Assembly: GCA_963667175.2 (NCBI GenBank) | Contig: CAXXXF010000002.1 | Coordinates: 256,001 to 320,000 of the forward strand | Direction of reading: 5' to 3' | DNA from: Candidatus Latescibacterota bacterium | GTDB taxonomy: Bacteria; Latescibacterota; UBA2968; GCA-2709665 | Length of the DNA stretch: 64,000 bases | In this document: positions 60,191-64,000 of the stretch, piece after piece | Position numbering within the stretch: position 1 is the stretch's first letter | Layout of the letters: every line of letters starts with the position of its first letter | Notes under the pieces: model-generated | Database searches by the model: none | What the model was told of the DNA's origin: nothing | The model's input: the letters and a program-made list of their open reading frames with translations, nothing else | Position numbers and translations under genes: made by a program

Positions 60191-60658
60191 TCATGACCCC
60201 CACTTAATCCGCGAATCGTCCGGCGTGCCGCACGCGGGACCGCCGAGGTCGTCGGTCAACTTCAGCCTCGCGACGATGGGCTCGTCCGACTCAAGCGCCT
60301 GTTCAATCTCCGGCCATTCGAGGTGGGTAAGGCGGATCTTCAATCGACGGAACATCGCGAACTGCTCAGGTTCAGTCTTTACGCCCCATGAGAGATAGAA
60401 AAACCTGTCCGCCGGCCTGCCCTGGGCGTACGGACCCAGAAAGTTGGGGGACCCGTCGGGTCTCGTTCCGATCCTGAATTCCGGACGGAACACCACCCAA
60501 TGCCGGCTGGCCGGGACCTGCGCGATAACCTCCGTCCCGCGCTGGATTCCGAGATAGACGGGCTCCTTGACTTTTGGCTTGTGTTTGTAAGGATCTTCGA
60601 AACGGAGCCCCGGCAACTGCGAGCACATCACTTTCAATTTCAATTTCCTGTCGGACAT
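60191..60658 (-). CDS. DUF5990-like protein
   Basis: GPYAQG...RFFYLSW, MFRRLK, LTD..GGPAC. Confidence 0.65.
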   Translation of the reverse strand: MSDRKLKLKVMCSQLPGLRFEDPYKHKPKVKEPVYLGIQRGTEVIAQVPASRHWVVFRPEFRIGTRPDGSPNFLGPYAQGRPADRFFYLSWGVKTEPEQFAMFRRLKIRLTHLEWPEIEQALESDEPIVARLKLTDDLGGPACGTPDDSRIKWGS

Positions 60659-61010
60659 CGTCGTCCCTTCAATCCAATGATACTGATGCCGGCATCGGTG
60701 TTTTACGATAAGCGACCCCTGGCGGATTTACAACCCAAATTTCAACTGTGGCGACTGTCGATTGTGTGCCACATGCGCGCAGCGGATTCACATGTCGGCA
60801 GGAGATGAAAATACCCCCGTACCATAGTCGGCGCAGTCGAAGGATGAGGAGTGAATTAATGACAAAAATAAATTATTGATATTATTATAGATAAATGCAA
60901 GATCCTTAATTTTCACTCGCCTTCAGGCGTAAATAGTGCGAACCCACATCCGGCTGGCACGGTTCTTGATTTAATTACCTCTGCGTAAAAATTACGTGCG
61001 GAGGGACCGT

Positions 61011-61736
61011 ATGCGTCGTGCTGTCGGTTTCGTGATCATATTCCTCCTTGCGCCGGGGACTTCAAGTGCACAGGAGTTGGGTGCGAGTTTCTCTGGCGGT
61101 TATTCCATTCCTGGCGTCAGTCGGCTCTACTGCGGCAACGTTAGACCCGGAGATCGGGATCTGCGGGAACTGCGGACCGCGTGGCTCTACTGCGGTAGAG
61201 ACAGCGAGGGGGATCTGCTGACCGCTCAAACGAATTTCCCTCGCATAAATGCAGGGCTTGTTCTTGCCGGGGACCTGTTCTTGCACGTCAATCAGTTCGA
61301 TATGGGAATCGGAACCGCCATGTTTTCCAAAGGCGGGATCCCCGGCTCGTTAATCTCTGCGAACGACCTCAAGGAGAGAGTCGAAACGAAGGATTTCACC
61401 AGGTCTTTCAGGGCAGTGTTTGTATTCATCCGGGGACGTGCGATGACGGACTCCACGTTAACGCCCACTCTTGGGTTCGGTATTGGCATATACGGGCTTC
61501 GGGAAAGCGAACCCGACGAGCGCCTCAATTGGGAAAATGGTCCGTTTTTCCAGCTCGTCGCGGGCGGCGAAGCCCGGATAAGGAAGAGTTCTTCCAGAGT
61601 TTTCACGGAATTCAGATTAAATCTCGCCGTATTCGACGAAATGCCGGAACCCGGCCTGGATATTATCAGATGTTGTGGATGGAACCAGGCCTACGTATCG
61701 TGGACTTTCGCCATCGGCCTGAGGTTCGCCCGATAG
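61011..61736 (+). CDS. Putative outer-membrane beta-barrel protein
   Basis: Signal peptide, amphipathic strands, C-terminal IGLRF. Confidence 0.65.
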   Translation: MRRAVGFVIIFLLAPGTSSAQELGASFSGGYSIPGVSRLYCGNVRPGDRDLRELRTAWLYCGRDSEGDLLTAQTNFPRINAGLVLAGDLFLHVNQFDMGIGTAMFSKGGIPGSLISANDLKERVETKDFTRSFRAVFVFIRGRAMTDSTLTPTLGFGIGIYGLRESEPDERLNWENGPFFQLVAGGEARIRKSSSRVFTEFRLNLAVFDEMPEPGLDIIRCCGWNQAYVSWTFAIGLRFAR

Positions 61737-61975
61737 CCGCCAATTGACGCCTATATAGGCTTTTCTTGCCAAATTTCGTCTTGAGAAACTTGCCGGTTCA
61801 ATTAGAAAAATCGCTTGAAAAATGGCGCCTTTTTGGATATCATTAACTCAATGAAGGATTCGTAAGCCAGGCCGGTCACAGGATGAGAAGACAGGTTCGG
61901 ACAGTGCAGGTCGGCAGAGAGACGGATGTCCGATAGCATTTCGGGTAAGCTGGCAATTCTAGAAGCAACGATTTC

Positions 61976-62414
61976 TTGTTTGGGCACGTAGCAGAAAAAG
62001 TACGGCAGTATCTAAAGACGGAAAGCGCATCGGTGGAGTGGGTATCAATTTGGAGCGTCAAGGAAGACGAGCGGCTCTGGTTCAAAATTGTCTCTCTGGT
62101 GCTCTTCGCGGTTGGTCTGATCTTTCGAATATGGATATTCCAAGACTGGCAATGGAGCTTTGGATTTCTAAAGGACCTTATTGCCGTCGGTGTCCTGGCT
62201 GTTACGTCTGCATATTTCCTTAGTGGAGGCAATAGACGCAATGGGCGCAATAACTGAATGGGTAAAGGCGAGAAATCTGAAGAAGGGCCTGGAAAGGGGC
62301 CGTCAGGAAATGCGGCAGCAGGTCGAAGAATGGATCGCCGAGGAGAAGGCGAAAGGGACACAATTCCAAACGCCGCCGCCCTTCGACCAGAACGGTGAGC
62401 CGCCACGGCAGTGA
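61976..62414 (+). pseudogene. Membrane protein split by an apparent +1 frameshift near 62219
   Basis: Removing one C gives SAYFLVEAIDAMGAITEW, joining two overlapping ORFs. Confidence 0.45.
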
Positions 62415-62591
62415 GGTCCCCGTATATTTGACGTTCGCCAAGTGTGCATGGAACAATAATGCCCATACGTAATCTGGTATGGGCATTATTCTTTAGTTCT
62501 TGAATTGCGTCGATTCAACCGTTCAGCAAATCGCACAATTCCTTAGCGCACCGATCTTTATTTTTCGCGTCGGCTCCTTTCTCCGCCGTCC

Positions 62592-64000
62592 CTAACCACC
62601 ACGTCTGGCGCCTGGCGGCTTCCCTCTCTTCTGCATCCTCGCCCAGGTATCGCGCAGCGTAATCGTCCGGTTGAAGACGGGCTTTTCGGGCGTCGAATCG
62701 GGGTCCACGCAGAAGTATCCCAACCGTTCGAACTGATATCGGCGACCGGGTTCAGCCCCCTTGACCGTGGACTCCACAAAACAGTTCCGCCGCACCTCCA
62801 GGGAGTTCGGGTTCACCGTTTCGCCGACGTCCCCGCCTTCGGCCGCGTCCATCGGATTCTCGGCGTTGAACAGGCGATCGTACAGGCGCACCTCCGCCTC
62901 AACCGCGTGCGTGGCGGACACCCAGTGGATGGTGCCCCGGACCTTTCGGCCGTCCGGCGTCGACCCGCCCCGGCTCTCCGGGTCGAACGTACATCGCAGT
63001 TCCACAATCTCTCCGTTTTCGTCCTTTATCACGTCCGTGCAGGTGATATAACACGCCGCCCGCAGCCGCACCTCCCGCCCGGGCGCCAGCCTGCGGAACC
63101 TGCGTGGCGGATCCTCCATGAAGTCGTCCCGCTCGATGAAGACCACCCTGGCAAACGGCACGCTGCGCGTACCGGCGGAAGGATCCTCGGGATTCACCTG
63201 AGCGGGGAACGCTTCCTCCTTGCCCTCCGGGTAGTTCTCGATCACCACCTTCAGCGGATCGATCACCCCCATCACGCGGTGCGCGTGTCGATTCAGGTAC
63301 GACCGGATATGAAACTCCAGGAGGTCGATCTCCGCGGTTGTATCCCGTTTGGACATTCCCACGCGGCGGATGAAATTCCGAATTGCTTCTGGGGGCACGC
63401 CCCTGCGGCGCAATCCCGCCAGCGTGATCAGCCTGGGATCGTCCCATCCGGCAAGCAGCCCGTTTTCGATCAACGGACGCAGGTGTCGTTTTCCCACCAC
63501 CGTATGCGTGACGAACAGCTTTGGGAACTCAATCTGCCGCGAAGGGAAAATCCCGAGTTCGCGGATATACCAGTCATAGAGCGGGCGGTGGTCTTCGAAT
63601 TCCTGCGAACACAGGGAATGCGAAACCCCCTCGATCGAGTCCGACTGCCCGTGGGTAAAATCGTACATCGGATAGATGCGCCACGCATCGTTCCGGCGGT
63701 AGTGAGACGCCCGGAGGATGCGAAACATCACAGGATCGCGCATGTTCAGGTTGGGCGATGCCATATCGATCTTCGCCCTGAGCGTTCGTGCGCCATCGGG
63801 AAATTCACCGGCCCGCATCCGCGCAAACAGGTCCAGGTTCTCTTCGATGGACCGGTCTCGATAGGGGCTTTCTCTTCCCGGTGAGGTCAACGTGCCCCGG
63901 TACGTCCTGGTCTCTTCCGTGCTCAAATCACACACGTAGGCTTTGCCCTTTTCGATCAATTTGACGGCGAGTTCGTAGAGTTGCTCAAAATAGTCAGAGG
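62592..64000 (-). CDS. glnS: Glutamine--tRNA ligase, 5' end outside the window
   Basis: [44 protein letters not shown]. Confidence 0.95.
   Translation of the reverse strand, partial: SDYFEQLYELAVKLIEKGKAYVCDLSTEETRTYRGTLTSPGRESPYRDRSIEENLDLFARMRAGEFPDGARTLRAKIDMASPNLNMRDPVMFRILRASHYRRNDAWRIYPMYDFTHGQSDSIEGVSHSLCSQEFEDHRPLYDWYIRELGIFPSRQIEFPKLFVTHTVVGKRHLRPLIENGLLAGWDDPRLITLAGLRRRGVPPEAIRNFIRRVGMSKRDTTAEIDLLEFHIRSYLNRHAHRVMGVIDPLKVVIENYPEGKEEAFPAQVNPEDPSAGTRSVPFARVVFIERDDFMEDPPRRFRRLAPGREVRLRAACYITCTDVIKDENGEIVELRCTFDPESRGGSTPDGRKVRGTIHWVSATHAVEAEVRLYDRLFNAENPMDAAEGGDVGETVNPNSLEVRRNCFVESTVKGAEPGRRYQFERLGYFCVDPDSTPEKPVFNRTITLRDTWARMQKRGKPPGARRGG

Noticed and set aside
37000-64000. Many overlapping antisense ORFs
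   Set aside because: Expected in high-GC coding DNA; each overlaps a well-supported gene

Overview
A GC-rich bacterial window in three parts. (1) 1-15 kb: an exact head-to-tail tandem pair of IS110 elements directly upstream of a complete Myxan/DevRS-type class 1 (I-B variant) cas operon (cas6-cas3-cas8-cas7-cas5-cas4/1-cas2) and a 29-repeat CRISPR array. (2) 15-37 kb: an accessory island that begins where the array ends. From about 15 to 26 kb, co-oriented genes (three UDG-superfamily proteins, Nmad3-like proteins, an EEP nuclease, a methyltransferase, SRAP, a NucS-like nuclease and a recurring ~58-aa microprotein) are punctuated by solitary or paired CRISPR-like repeats of three unrelated families, including hybrid repeat-B/36-nt spacer/repeat-C units. 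From 26 to 37 kb there are REP-delimited segmental duplications, many type II toxin-antitoxin genes and an ORF-less group II intron. (3) 37-64 kb: mostly ordinary envelope and metabolic genes ending in a 5'-truncated glnS. The best candidate for a new system is the CRISPR-repeat-punctuated gene-cassette array, enriched in base-modification and base-excision functions, together with its repeat-linked microprotein. All family calls are from motifs read by eye; no database search was run.
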